Of a DNA stretch of 64,000 nt, positions 38,357-51,758 are shown piece after piece. Position numbers and translations under genes: made by a program. The stretch's first letter is position 1. Each line of letters opens with the position of its first letter. A model generated the notes under the pieces. That model saw only the letters and a list, made by a program, of their open reading frames with translations. It searched no databases and was not told where the DNA came from. The DNA is from Octopus sinensis. Taxonomy: Eukaryota. The DNA is taken from contig NW_021830470.1 in NCBI RefSeq assembly GCF_006345805.1, forward strand, positions 1-64,000. The letters run 5' to 3'.

Positions 38357-38629
38357 GTCTAGATATTGAGTAACAAAACAAACACAGTGGTTACAGTCTA
38401 GTTTTTTATTCATAATCCTTTTTTAAAGAAATTCCTCAAAATCTAACTGCAGGCATTTTCAGTAATCAAGTTATCTCAGAGTCAATATTTTTACAGATAA
38501 TGACAAATTTGAGGTTCACATTGACAGTATTGAAAATGACGTCAAAGTTGACGAGGGGAAAAAACCCTGTGTTTTAGCAGACTAATTAGTCTTAATTGTT
38601 GTCATGTATTAAATTTTAAACATTGATAC

Positions 38630-39770
38630 AGTTACACTTGTGTGCCAATACCCACATGTGTATGCATGTGGCTTTTTCGAGAGAATTATTTGCCACATGT
38701 TACACTGATATGGTTTCTCCCCTGTACGAATTTGCTTGTGCACAGTTAAGGTAGGTCTATGAGAGCATGATTTACTACAGATATATTGTCTGTTTGTTCC
38801 TTCTCGAGCCATGCCTGGCTCATAAGGGCCGGTTTCCCGGTTTCTTTGGTGTACAGGTTCCCCACCTGGATGGGACGCTGGTCCGTTGCAGGTGAGCTGC
38901 AAGATGCAGGAGGAAAGAGTGAGAGAAAGTTGTGGCGAAAGAGTCAGCAGAAGTTCACCATTACCTTCTGCCAGAGCCACATGGAGCTGAGGTGTTTTGC
39001 TCATGAACACACACATCGCCCAGTCTGAGATTTGAACCTGGGATCCCTCGTCTGCGAGTTCGCTGCTCTAACCACTAGGCCATGTTAATCCACAAGAAAG
39101 AGTGAGAGAAAGTTGTGGCGAAAGGGTCAGCAGAAGTTCGCCATTACCTTCTGCCGGAGCAACGTGGAGCTTAGGTGTTTCGCTCATAAACACACACATC
39201 GCCTGGTCTAAGATTCGAACCCGTGATCCCACGACCACGAGTCCACTGTTTTAACCACTAGGCCATTTGCCTCCACAAGAAAGAGTGAGAGAAAGTTGTG
39301 GCAAAAGAGTCAGCAGTTCACCATTACCTTCTGCTGGAGCAACATGGAGCTTAGGTGTTTCGCTCATAAATACACACATCGCCCGGTCTAAGATTCGAAC
39401 CCTCGACTGCGAGTCCGCTGCTCTAGCCACTAGGCCATGTGCTTCCACAAGAAAGAGTGAGAGAAAGTTGTGGCGAAAGAGTCAGCAGAAGTTCGCCATT
39501 ACCTTCTGCCAGATCCGCATGGAGATGAGGTGTTTCGCTCATGAACACACACATCACCCGGTCTGAGATTCGAACCCGGGATCCCACGGCCACGAGTCCG
39601 CTGCTCTAACCACTAGGCCATTTGCCTCCACTTACCACAGATATAACACTGATATGGTTTCTCTCAAGCAGGAATTCATTCACGTACAATTGAGCTAGGT
39701 CTATAAGAAAATGATTTACCACAGATAAGACAGGTTCTCTCTGGTATGAACGTTTTCGTGTATAGTTAAA
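38630..39770 (-). pseudogene. 3' remnant of a minus-strand ZNF (ZNF-3), split by an S4 head array (38790-39630)
   Basis: [13 protein letters not shown] and KSHMHTHVGI remnants; paralogous 3' block at 38030-38630. Confidence 0.7.
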
Positions 39771-39789
39771 ACATCATTTTCAGGAAATT

Positions 39790-40620
39790 AATTACGACAG
39801 GTATTGCCAGGTGTGGCACGTAAAAAGCACCATCCGATTGTGGGCGTTGCCAGCCTCGTCTGGCACTGTGCCGGTGGCACATAAAAAGCACCATCCGATC
39901 GTGGCCGTTTGCCAGCCCCGTCTGGCACCCGTGCCGGTGGCACATAAAAAGCACCATCCAATCGTGGCCGTTTGCCAGCCTCGTCTGGCACCTGTGCCGG
40001 TGGCACATAAAAAGCACCATCCGATCATGGCCGTTTGCCAGCCCCATCTGGCACCCGTGCCGGTGGCACATGAAAAGCACCATCCGATCATGGCCGTTTG
40101 CCAGCCTCGCCTGGCCTCCGTGCTGGCGGCACATAAAAAGCACCATCCGATCGTGGCCGTTTGCCAGCCTTGTCTGGCACCTGTGCCGGTGGCACATAAA
40201 AAGCACCATCCGATCGTGGCCGTTTGCCAGCCTTGTCTGGCACCTGTGCTGGTGGCACATAAAAAGCACCATCCGATCGTGGCCGTTTGCCAGCCTCGTC
40301 TGGCACCCATGCTGGTGGCACATAAAAAGCACCATCCGATCGTGGCCGTTTGCCAGCCTCGTCTGGCACCCATGCTGGTGGCACATAAAAAGCACCATCC
40401 GATCGTGGCCGTTTGCCAGCCACGTCTGGCACCTGTGCCGGCGGCATGTAAAAAGCACCCACTACACTCTCAGAGTGGTTGGCGTTAGGAAGGGCATCCA
40501 GCCATAGAAACACTGCCAGATCAAACTGGAGCCTGGTGCAGTCTTCTGGCTTCCCAGATCCCTGGTTGAACCATCCAACCCATGCTAGCATGGAAAGCGG
40601 ACGCTGAACGATGATGATGA
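39790..40620 (+). mobile_element. RTE 3'UTR with 63-bp minisatellite (~10 units)
   Basis: 21-aa periodicity; (GAT)n tail. Confidence 0.9.
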
Positions 40621-40884
40621 TGTATATTGATGAATCGCTTCAACATTTCTTTAATTATTTGATGTTTAATTTGATGTTGACAATGATGAAATTGAAGTTG
40701 ATAATGTCAAATTTGAAAAGGGGAAAATCCCTGTCTTTGAGCTGACAAAAAAATATTCATAAATAGCAGTATGACCCGGCGTTGCTGGTTCATGGTTCCA
40801 GGTTAAGTGTCTTCTACTATAGCCTTGGGCCGACCAAAGCCTTGTGAGTGGATTTGGTAGACGTAAACTGAAAGAAGCCCGTCA

Positions 40885-41509
40885 TGTATATGTATGTATG
40901 TATGTATATATAATATATATACATGTATGTATGTATAATATATATATATATATGTATAATATATATATATATGTATGTATAATATATATATATATATGTA
41001 TGTATAATATATATATATATATGTATGTATGTATATATAATATATGTATGTATGTATATATGTATGTATGTATATATAATATATATATGTATGTATGTAT
41101 GTATATATAATATATATATGTATGTATGTATATAATATATATATGTATGTATATATAATATATATATGTATGTATGTATGTATGTATAATATATATATAT
41201 ATGTATCATCATCATCGTTTAACGTGATGATGATGATGATGATACATACATATATATATATATTATATATACATACATATGTATGTATATAATATATATA
41301 TATGTATGTATGTATGTATATATAATATATATATATGTATGTATGTATGTATATATAATATATATAATATGTATGTATATATAATATATATATATATGTA
41401 TGTATATATAATATATATATAATATATATATATATGTATGTAATATAATATATATATTATGTATGTATGTATGTATGTATGTATATATAATATATTTTCT
41501 ATATGTATG

Positions 41510-41546
<37 letters not shown>

Positions 41547-41558
41547 GTATGTATATAT

Positions 41559-41598
<40 letters not shown>

Positions 41599-41599
41599 G

Positions 41600-41632
<33 letters not shown>

Positions 41633-41690
41633 GTATGTATATATATATATATATATCCGTATGTATTATATATATATATATATATATATT
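40885..41690. repeat. Compound (TA)/(TATG) microsatellites
   Basis: Direct reading; begins after an S1 fragment (40795-40885). Confidence 0.95.
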
Positions 41691-43565
41691 TCAATGGTCA
41701 CGTTGGACGACCTGCTGGGGGCTCCATGGCGTACATGGAGGCTATGGCTATGGTTCCTGCAACAAGGAGGGAACCAGGCTGCTGGAGTTCTGCGATGCAA
41801 ATAATCTTATGATTTGCAACACTAACTTCAGGAAACCTACCAGCCACCTACCGATCGGGCCAACATACCAGCCAAATTGACTACATCCTTGCCAGGCAAA
41901 GGGAGAGATTGGTGCTTATAAATGCCAAAACCTTCCCAGGCGAAGAATGTACCCCACAACATAGACTGGTAGTTAGTGACTTTAGGATCAGGACTAGGAG
42001 GACAACCAGAAGACGACCAACATGGAGAAGAAGGATCTGGAAGCTTAAAGATCCTGCAAATGGATAGAGATTTAGGGACATATAACTTGAAGCCTTCTAT
42101 GAAGTAGAAGGGGATAGAAGACAACTGGACGTTTCTAAGGGACAACCTGCTGAGAGCCACTGACCAGATCTGTGGTTAGTGTAAAGTCCCCTCTCGACCT
42201 AGAATAACATGGTGGTGGAACAAGGTTGTAGACAGGGCTATTAGAGAAAAGAGACAGGCTTGGAAGGACTGGAAAAATGGGGGTAGCAGGGAATTGTATC
42301 AGACTGCCAAAAGGGAAGCTAGGAGACAGGTTTATTTAGCCAGATGGGAAGCAGATAAGAAAAAATTTGCCAATGTTCTGCGCCGTGAGGACCAAAGACT
42401 GGAGGTGTTTCGCGTTGCAAGACATTGTGTGAGAGAGAATCGTGATGTGGTAGGAGAGAAGTGTGTTCGCATGGATGATGGTTCACTTGCGCTAAATGAG
42501 GATGCAAAGAGAGAGGTTTGGAGATGCCACTATGAAAGGTTGCTGAATAAAGAAAATGAATGGGATAAAGAGAGTCTGCCGAATGTTGACCCAACAGAGG
42601 GACCAGCTATCCGAGTTGATAGTTCCTTGGTAGTTAAGGCAATTAGAAGCATGAAGACAGGGAAAGCCCCAGGCCCATCAGGAATCACTGCAGAGATGCT
42701 CAAAATGTCTGGTAGTGTCGGCTATAGCCTAGTCACCCGTATAGTTAATCAGGTGATACACAAAGGAGTCATACCCAATGACTGGTGTAGCAGCATAATA
42801 GTCAACTGCTACAAAGGTAAAGGTGACGCCCTAGATACAAATAATTACAGAGGTATCAAGCTGTTGGATCAGGTGATGAAGGTTACGGAGAGGGTCATAG
42901 CCCAACTAATTAGAGAGAGAGTTAGTTTAGATGAGATGCAGTTTGGGTTCGTGCCAGGGAAAAGTACCACTGATGCTATATTCCTGGTAAGGCAGCTGCA
43001 GGAGAAATACCAAGCCAAAGATAAGCCCCTGTACCTGGCTTTTGTTGACATGGAGAAAGCCTTCGACAGGGTTCCCCGATCCCTTATCTGGTGGTCAACG
43101 AGGAAACTAGGGATAGATGAATGGTTAGTGAGAGCTGTGCGAGCCATGTACAGGGACGCTGCTAGTAAGGTGAGGGTTGGCAACAAGTACAGTGAAGAAT
43201 TCCGGGTAGAGGTAGGGGTCCACCAAGGCTCAGTCCTCAACCCCCTCCTATTTATCATAGTCCTCCAGGCAATAACGGAGGAATTCAAGACAGGATGCCC
43301 TTGGGAGCTCCTCTATGCTGATGACCTTGCTCTAATTGCTGAGTCACTATCAGAACTGGAGGAGAAGTTTCAGGTGTGGAAACAAGGATTAGAATCAAAG
43401 GGCCTTAGAGTCAATCTAGCTAAAACCAAAGTCGTAATCAGTAGGAAGGTAGACAAATCACAAATGCCTTCAGGTAGATGGCCCTGCTCGATCTGTAGAA
43501 AAGGTGTAGGTAGAAACTCTATAAGATGCACCAAGTGTAAGCTATGGACACATAAGAGGTGCAGC
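41688..43565 (+). mobile_element. RTE LINE copy 2, endonuclease to RT, with stops and frameshifts
   Basis: FNGHVG (APE endonuclease), RT motifs; highly similar to copy 1. Confidence 0.95.
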
Positions 43566-43570
43566 ATACT

Positions 43571-44338
43571 TCCATAGGTCTCGGTCTCTAGTGATTTCCT
43601 CGGTGAGACCTAAAGTTCGAAGGTCGTGCCTCACCACCTCGTCCCAGGTTTTCCTGGGTCTACCTCTTCCACAGGTTCCCTCAACCGCTAGGGTGTGGCA
43701 CTTTTTCACACAACTATCTTCATCCATTCTCGCCACATGTCCATACCAGCGCAAACGTCTCTCTTGCACACTACAACTGATGCTTCTTAGGTCCAACTTT
43801 TCTCTCAAGATACCTACACTCTGACGAGTATGAACACTGACATTACACATCCATCAGAGCATACTGGCTTCATTTCTTGCGAGCTTACACATATCCTCAG
43901 CAGTCACGGCCCATGCTTCACTTCCATGTAGCATAGCTGTTCGTACACACGCATCATACAGTCTGCCTTTTACTCTGAGCGAGAGGCCTTTGGTCACCAG
44001 CAGAGGTAAGAGCTCTCTGAACTTTGCCCAAGCTATTCTTACTCTAGCAGTTACACTTTCAGCACACCCGCCCCCGCTGCTGACTTGGTCACCTAGGTAA
44101 CGGAAGCTATCAACTATTTCTAGTTTTTCTCCCTGGAAAGTGACGGAAGTTGGTCTCAGAGCATTTTCAGTGTTTATTGCTCCTGAGCATCTGCCACAGA
44201 CAAAAACTATTTTCTTAGTTAGCCTTCCCTTGACATTGCTGCACCTCTTATGTGTCCATAGCTTACACTTGGTGCATCTTATAGAGTTTCTACCTACGTC
44301 TTTTCTACAGATCGAGCAGGGCCATCTACCTGAGGGTG
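43571..44338 (-). mobile_element. Inverted 3' part of the RTE ORF
   Basis: Reads PSGRWPC...RDRDL on the minus strand. Confidence 0.9.
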
Positions 44339-44350
44339 ATATATATATAT

Positions 44351-44394
<44 letters not shown>

Positions 44395-44400
<6 letters not shown>

Positions 44401-44681
44401 GAGGAGCAATGGCCAAGTGGTTAGGGCAGCGGACTCGCGGTCGTAGGATTGCGGTTTCGATTCCCAGACTGGGAGTTGTGAGTTTATTGAGCGAAAACAC
44501 CTAAAAGCTCTACGAGGCTCCGGCAGGGGGTGGTGATCCCTGCTGTACTCTTTCACCCACTCTTTCTTCTGTTGGCCAGCTCGCTTAGCCAGCGGGGTGG
44601 CATCATTCGAAGGCTAAGACAATGCGAACGCATTGTGACAAGCGATGTGTAACAACATCTGATGGTCTGGTCGGTCACGTG

Positions 44682-44723
<42 letters not shown>

Positions 44724-44930
44724 ACGTTTTTGTGCCTGTGTTTGTCCCCCCAACATCGCCAGACAACCGATGCTGGTGTGTTTACGTCCACGTAACTTAG
44801 CGGTTCGACAAAAGAGACCGATAGGATAAGTACCAGGCTTACAAAGAATAAGTCCTGGGGTCGATTTGCTCGACTAAAGGCGATGCTCCAGCATGGCCAC
44901 AGTCAAAGGAGTGAAACAAGTAAAAGAGTA
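44395..44930 (+). mobile_element. S3 SINE variant (44395-44690) followed by an S1 tail (44700-44930)
   Basis: Family consensus. Confidence 0.8.
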
Positions 44931-46663
44931 AATCGTAATTTATACCACTGGAAAGGTATTTGTACAAAATTGTATTAATACAAAATTTTTTTTTTCAGTA
45001 AATTACGAGTAAACGAGAATCATCCGAAATTCTTCCATATCGAACCGTCTTCGAAGAAGTTTTTCACAACGAATTCGTATGCAGTTCTAATCTACACCAT
45101 CTGGAGAGCATTATAATCGTAATCTACGTCATTTGAAATGTAACTACACTAAATGTCATTACAAAACACCAATTCTTCAGAAAGCGAAGAAACAAATTCG
45201 GTGGGGCCCGATTATGTAGTTATACCTAGTAAGATATGTAGCTATTACATCAGCTTATATTACGCTGCTTTGTCTCATTATGCAGTAATTAAATTTAAAG
45301 CACATCTAACAATTCTGAATTATCGTTAATCCACCAAATCTTTAATCTATTTATTTTATATCATATACACACTCGATCCCGAGGTATTTCTGAACATAAT
45401 AGATTTAAAACGAGAAAGCATCTTTTCCCGATGTTGTTGTGTGTTTTCATTTCTATATAATTACTGTAACTTCGAAGGGTTTAGGGTTATTTAGAAGCGT
45501 TAGAATGCCGGAGAAAATGCCTAACAGCATTTCGTTCGTCTTTGCTATCAAAGTTCAAATTCCATTGAGGTTGACTTTGCCTCTCATCCTTTCGAGGTCG
45601 GTAATTTAAGCAGTAGATCAACGTGCCCCCCCCCTCCTTGTAATCGACTCCCGTTCCTCCGCCAAATTTCAGGCCTTGTGCCTTAAAGTACAAACAATTA
45701 TCATCATCATCAACATCGTCGTATTCACACCGAAAGGAACCGAAGGCTGAAAGTCCCGAGTTCAAGTACGGCCGAGGTCGAATTTGCCGTTCATTCCTTA
45801 CGGGAAGCACTGCGCTCCATATAATTGATTTCCAGCTCGCTTCAAAAACCGTTGGTTATGGGCAGAAATTTAAAACCATGATCATCATTATTATTATTAT
45901 TAATATAACCTTAAAATGAACCTTTATCAACTTACCGTTTAATTAGTGTCCCATTAACAAGACGGCAACATTAATTAGTGATTAATTCGTAAAATTAAAA
46001 GAAGCCGATTGAAGAATTTCAATCGGCTTCTTTTAATTTTACTAATTAATTACACAGTTTTACTCTCATTTTACAAATTAATATCCTTTATATCACATAT
46101 AAAAGTCGATCGTAGGTTTTCATAAGCAACAAATCAAGATTTCAGCTTAGAAATCATTAATTAAGACGAATTAATATATTTTCCTTATATTTTTACGTTT
46201 TCACCTCGAAAAATAATTACTGTAACATCGAAAGATTCACATAATTCTAAATATAAATAATTATTATTAGTATTATTATCGCTATTAAATTCTTAAAGCA
46301 AATATGTATCAACTTACCTTTTAATCAGTGTCTAATTAATAAGAGGGCAACATTAATTAATGATATTCTTTAACCGGTTCCCTCTCATTTTACTAATTAA
46401 TTACACAGTTTTACTCTCATTTTACCAATTAATATCCTTTATATCACATATAAAAGTCGATCGTAGGTTTTCATAAGCAACAAATCAAGATTTCAGCTCA
46501 GAAATTATTATTTAAGACGAAAAAAATATATTTCCACGTATTCTTAGGTTTTCACCTCGAAAAATAATTACTGCAGCATCGAAAGATTCACATAATTCTT
46601 TGATTTACAATATTATTATTAGTATTATTATCATCATTAAACCCTTAAAATAAATCTTTACCA

Positions 46664-46820
46664 ACTTACCGTATTCGGATATAAACTGCGAGTCAGCGAC
46701 CGGCAAATTAAACAGCCTAATTAATATTTTAATTGGACTTTGGCTGAACTGCTTGTACAAGTTATTTCCCTTTATGTGATTGTATTTCTTCAATTCTCCG
46801 ATAGATGGCTCTACTGACTC
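46664..46820 (-). promoter_or_regulatory. Candidate ZNF first exon paralog, with donor at 46670/46669 and a degenerate CTCF-like motif (~46797-46812)
   Basis: Aligns with 14714-14860; the intron-start block is duplicated at 45915-46660. Confidence 0.55.
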
Positions 46821-47009
46821 TTGGTTTCGTTTCGGTTTTTTTTTTGTATTTTTTTGTCCCTTTCTCTCAACAATTTTCCCTTTTTTAAGGTTTTTCATAT
46901 TTTTACCAGATTATTTTAATAAAGTCTACTCACATATTCCCCTCTACGACTGTTTCCAGCACACGGCTTGCCCTCGCCTAAAGCCCTGTAAGAAAGAAGC
47001 CGTCACCAG

Positions 47010-47072
47010 CCTCTGACGTCACATCGTCAAACTTCCGGTCCCTTCCAGTAATTACCCTTCCTCCACGTGATC
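47010..47072. promoter_or_regulatory. Promoter-like motif cluster: CRE TGACGTCA (47014), ETS ACTTCCGG (47031), E-box CACGTG (47064)
   Basis: Three canonical motifs in 60 bp, just upstream of the candidate first exon. Confidence 0.45.
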
Positions 47073-47149
47073 CAGAGATCAATGCGGCGATCCTTCGGTA
47101 TAGGTACACACGTGACTTCGTTTACATTTCTGAAGATAAGAGAAACTCT

Positions 47150-47649
47150 GGATCTTTTTGGTTTGAACGGCAGTTTTTTCTAGCGGTGTCATATGAAATT
47201 GTCACCCATAATTATGATCCTAGTATCGATCTAGGATCTTTTCGGTTTGAACGGCAGTTTTTAAAAATAATTTCCACGTAACTAAACTTTTAAACTTCGT
47301 ATACTGGTAGAATGTGTTTATAAAACATCTTTTTCTCTTGGCTTTATTGAGAAAATTCTATAGTTTGTAAGATATTTGTTTTTGTTTTTTCTTCAATTTC
47401 TGCAATTTCAACCAATCAATGACGTCTATTGAAGTGAAAACATTCTGTGCCGTATAAATATGTCCCTCGTTTAAGAAACAGAGTGGGTTTATTTACATTT
47501 GTGAAGAAAAAAAGATACCCTTACCCCCACCACTAACCCTAACCCTAAAACAGATTGAAATGCAATAGATCGATACTAGGGTCATAAGTATGGGTGACAA
47601 TTTCATATGACACTGCTAGGAAAAACTGGCGTTCAAACCGAAAAGATCC
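47150..47649 (+). mobile_element. MITE-A, single unit (47235-47649), preceded by an inverted end fragment
   Basis: GGATCTTTTCGGTTTGAACGGCAG ... TTCAAACCGAAAAGATCC. Confidence 0.85.
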
Positions 47650-47814
47650 TCTGTGTGTGTGTGTGTGCGAATAGACTTGTACATGTGTGTGTGGTCATCA
47701 TGTGTATGAATGGAAGCATGTGTGTGTATATGAGTAACCTAGTTTGTGCATTGTGTGGAGTGATGTGGGTTTCGTGCATTTGTGTATGTCTGCGTAGGAG
47801 TGGCTGTGTGGTAA

Positions 47815-48115
47815 GTGCTGGTGGCACATGAAAAAAACATTCGAGCGAGGTCATTGCCAGTGCTGCTGGACTGGCTCCTGTGCAGGTGGCACATAAAGAG
47901 CACTGTTTGAGCGTGGCCGCTGCCAGTACCGCCTCACCGGCCCTCGTACCAGTGGCACGTAAAAGCGCCCACTACAGTCTCGGAGTGGTTGGCATTAGGA
48001 AGGGCATCCAGCTGTAGAAACTCTGCCAGATCAGATTGGAGTCTGGTGCAGTCCTCAGTCAAATCGTCCAACCCATGCTAACATGGAAAGCGGACGTTAA
48101 ACGATGATGATGATG
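47815..48115 (+). mobile_element. RTE 3'UTR fragment
   Basis: Family consensus with (GAT)n tail. Confidence 0.8.
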
Positions 48116-48364
48116 GTGAAAAGAAGTATAACAAAGCGCATTTTTTATGGAATGACCCAATATTTTATTCATCATTGACTTCATACTCATCGTCATTTAA
48201 TGTCTGTCTTCCATGCAGACTTGGGGTAGATGGTTTGACAGGAGGCTGACAAAGCCACGGGGTTCCATTCTCTGTTTTAGCTTGGTTTCATCTGCTGGAC
48301 GCCCTTTCTAATATCAGCCAATTTACAGAGTTCACTGGGCACTTTTTACGTGGCACTGGCATCG

Positions 48365-48831
48365 ACCACATTTGAAGTAGAGATTTCAAGCTTAAAATCT
48401 TCAAAGCCACAGTCGAATCGATTCTACTATATGGCTCAGAAACCTGGACTTTATCAAAGAAGCTTGAGAGGCGGTTGGATGGAACCTACACTCGCCTCCT
48501 TATGAGAGCTCAAAATCTCTCGTGGAAGCGTCATCCAACCAAAATGCAAATATATGGGAAACTACCACCTGTGTCATCTCTTGTGAAAGGTAGGAGAGTC
48601 CAGTTTGCTGGACATTGTTGTAGAGCTGAAAAAGAGGTAATTTCTACTCTTCTCCTCTGGAAGCCATCTACTTGCGATACCAGAGGGCGCACACTCTCCT
48701 ACCCTGATCTAATCTCCAGGGATACAGGCATCCAGCAACAGGACCTCCGTAATGTTATGATGGACCATGAAGTCTGGCATAGCATGGTAAACTCCATTGT
48801 CTTGACCACGGTCGAACAATGATGAATGATG

Positions 48832-48864
<33 letters not shown>

Positions 48865-49270
48865 TAACCTGTATCATCTCTTGTGAAAGGTAGGAGAGTC
48901 CAGTTTGCTGGACATTGTTGTAGAGCTGAAAACGAGGTAATTTCTACTCTTCTCCTCTGGAAGCCATCTACTCGCAATACCAGAGGGTGCACACTCTCCT
49001 ACCCAGATGTAATCTCCAGGGATACAGGCATCCAGCAACAGGACCTCCGTAATGCTATGATGGACCGTGAAGTCTGGCGTAGCATGGTAAATTCCATTGT
49101 CTCGACCACGGTCGTGATACCAGAGGGCGCATACTCTCCTACCCTGATGTAATCTCCAAGGATACATGCATCCAGCAACAGGACCTCTGTAATGCTATGA
49201 TGGACCGTGAAGTCTGGCGTAGCATGGTAAATTCCATTGTCTTGACCACGGTCGAACAATGATGAATGAT
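48365..49270 (+). mobile_element. Second RTE family 3' fragment with its 3' end repeated about three times
   Basis: DTGIQQQDLRN.MMD.EVW.SMVNSIV recurs. Confidence 0.85.
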
Positions 49271-49494
49271 GATGACATTTGGATGGTGCTTTTTATATGT
49301 GCCACTGGCATTCAAGCCAGTCGGTGGGGGGCATTGGCACCAATCACATTCGGAAGGTGCTATTTTATGTGCTACCGTCACAGGGAGCCTGTCTGGTGGA
49401 AGTGACATTGACCCATGCTAGAAGGGTGCTTGTTATGTGCCACCAGCAGGGGTGCCAGTCTGGCATCGGCCACGTGCTTTTTATGTGGTACCCC

Positions 49495-50245
49495 CTGCGA
49501 GCTGGCATAAACGTTAGCACGCCGGGCGAAATGCTTAGTGGTATTTCGCCTGTCGTTACGTTGTGAGTTCAAAAATCTGCCGAGGTTGACTTTGCCTTTC
49601 ATCTTTTCAGGGTCAATAAATTAAGTACCAGTTCTGCACTGGGGTCGATGTAATCGTCTTATTACCTATGTCTGTCCTTGTTTGTCCTCTTGTGGGTAGT
49701 AAAGAAATAGGTATTTCGCCTGTCGTTACGTTGTGAGTTCAAATTCCGCCGAGGTTGACTTTCCCTTTCATCCTTTCGGGGTCGATAAATTAAGTACCAG
49801 TTCCGCACTGGGGTCGATGTTTTCAACTTAATACCTATGTCTGTCCTTGTTTGTCCTCTTGTGGGTAGTAAAGAAGTAGGTATTTCGCCTGTCGTTACGT
49901 TGTGAGTTCAAAAATCTGCCGAGGTCGACTTTGCCTTTCATCCTTTCGGGGTCGATAAATTAAGTACCAGTTCCGCACTGGGGTCGATGTTTTCAACTTA
50001 ATACCTATGTCTGTCCTTGTTTGTCCCCTCTGTGTTTGCCCCCTTGTGGGTAGTAAAGAAGTAGGTATTTCGCCTGTCGTTACGTTGTGAGTTCAAAAAT
50101 CTGCCGAGGTCGACTTTGCCTTTCATCCTTTCGGGGTCGATAAATTAAGTACCAGTTACGTACTGAAGTCGATGTAATCAACTTAATACCTATGTCTGTC
50201 CTTGTTTGTCCCCTCTGTGTTTGCCCCCTTGTTGGTAATAAAGTA
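49495..50245 (+). repeat. Tandem array of the S2 SINE (4 units, 169-185 bp)
   Basis: GTATTTCGCCTGTCGTTACG at ~49541, 49710, 49879, 50064. Confidence 0.9.
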
Positions 50246-50317
50246 GCGTTTGTCATGTGACACCGTCACCAGTGCTTTTTTTACTGACACCAGCACCCGT
50301 ATTCTTCACATATATTT

Positions 50318-51065
50318 CTTCATTACCCACAAGGAGCTAAACATAGAGGGGACAAACGGATTAAGTCGATTACATCGACCCCAGTGCGTAACTGGTACTT
50401 TATTTATCGACCCCGAAAGGATAAAAGGCAAAGTCGACCTCGGCGGTATTTGAACTCAGAACGTAACGACAGATGAAATACCGCTAAGCATTTCGCCCGG
50501 CGTGCTAACGTTTCTGCCAGCACTATGACTGGTCCTTTTTATGTGGTAACAGCACCAGGGTCTGTTACAAGGCACAAACACCAGGTCCTTACTTGTAATT
50601 GTGACGGCGTTCACCCAGGGTGGGTTGAGCCGGCTTCTTCTTTCATAGAAGTTTTGTGGGAATATTGAAGTCACAAGCGGTCCCTGACATCCCGCATGCA
50701 TATCCCGAGTGACGGGATGCCCTGTTTGCCACGGAGTCTTCACAAATGCGGGGACAGAATGACCTCGAAGCCGCTGGTTGCTGATCAGACGCCTCTTGGA
50801 ATTTTCACCAGAGCCCAGTTGACCAGGCTGCGGCCCTAATACCTATTTCTTTACTACCCACAAGGGGCTAAACACAGAGGGGACAAACAAGGACAGAAAA
50901 ATGGATTCAGTCGATATCGACCCCAGTCCGTAACTGGTACTTAATTTATCGACCCCGAATGGATGAAGGGCAAAATCGACCTTGGCGGAATTTGAACTCA
51001 GAACGTAGCGGCAGACGAAATATGGCAACGCATTTCGCCTGGCGTTCTAACGTTTCTGCCAGACC
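50318..51065 (-). mobile_element. Two S2 SINEs (50318-50520, 50840-51065) flanking an RTE-family-3 fragment
   Basis: Family consensus in reverse complement. Confidence 0.8.
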
Positions 51066-51758
51066 AATCTGCCTTGGATGGCCCTACCAGGAAACGAAGT
51101 TCCCAACGGCATAGCTCTGACACTACCCGTTTACACCACCCTACCGCTTTGAGGAGGGGTTGGACTCCAGGTCTCTTTACATGGCATCAGTACTACTGTT
51201 TTTTTCTTGTGCTTTTTGTGGGACATCAGTACCTACAGGTTCAGCAAATACCTTCCAAGATGAAACACACACAACTAGGAGTGAGGGAAGGGAATTAGTA
51301 TTGAAGGGTGGCACGTAAAAAGCACCCACTACACTCACGGAGTGGTTGGTGTTAGGAAGGGCATCCAGCTGTAGAAACACTGCCAGATCAGAGTGGAGCC
51401 TGGTGCAGCCTCCTGGCTTCCCAGACCCCAGTTGAACCGTCCACCCCATGCTAGAATGGAAAACGGACGTTAAACGATGATGATAATGAAAGGGTGTAAC
51501 CGTACCAGTTGAGAGATTTAAGGGATAGAGGGGACAGAGTCTAGATACAGAGTAACAAAACAAACACAGAATGGTTACAGTTTGACATTTTATTCATTAT
51601 TCTTTTTTGACAAATTCCTCAAAATCCAACTGCAGGCATTTTCAGTAATCAAGTTATCTCAGAGTCAATATTTTTACAGATAATGACAAATTTCAGATTC
51701 ACATTGACAATATTGAAGTTGAAGGGAAAAAAAAATTGTCTTTTAGTAGACAAAATAG

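Noticed and set aside
39900-40020. CCAG-CCTCGT-CTGG in the 63-bp unit resembles the P3/L3 of HDV-like ribozymes
   Set aside because: No matching P1 5' strand and no C-N-A-A J4/2 segment could be placed.
43565-44338. Twin-priming 5' inversion
   Set aside because: The pieces are convergent and the tail is missing; twin priming predicts divergent pieces with an intact 3' tail.
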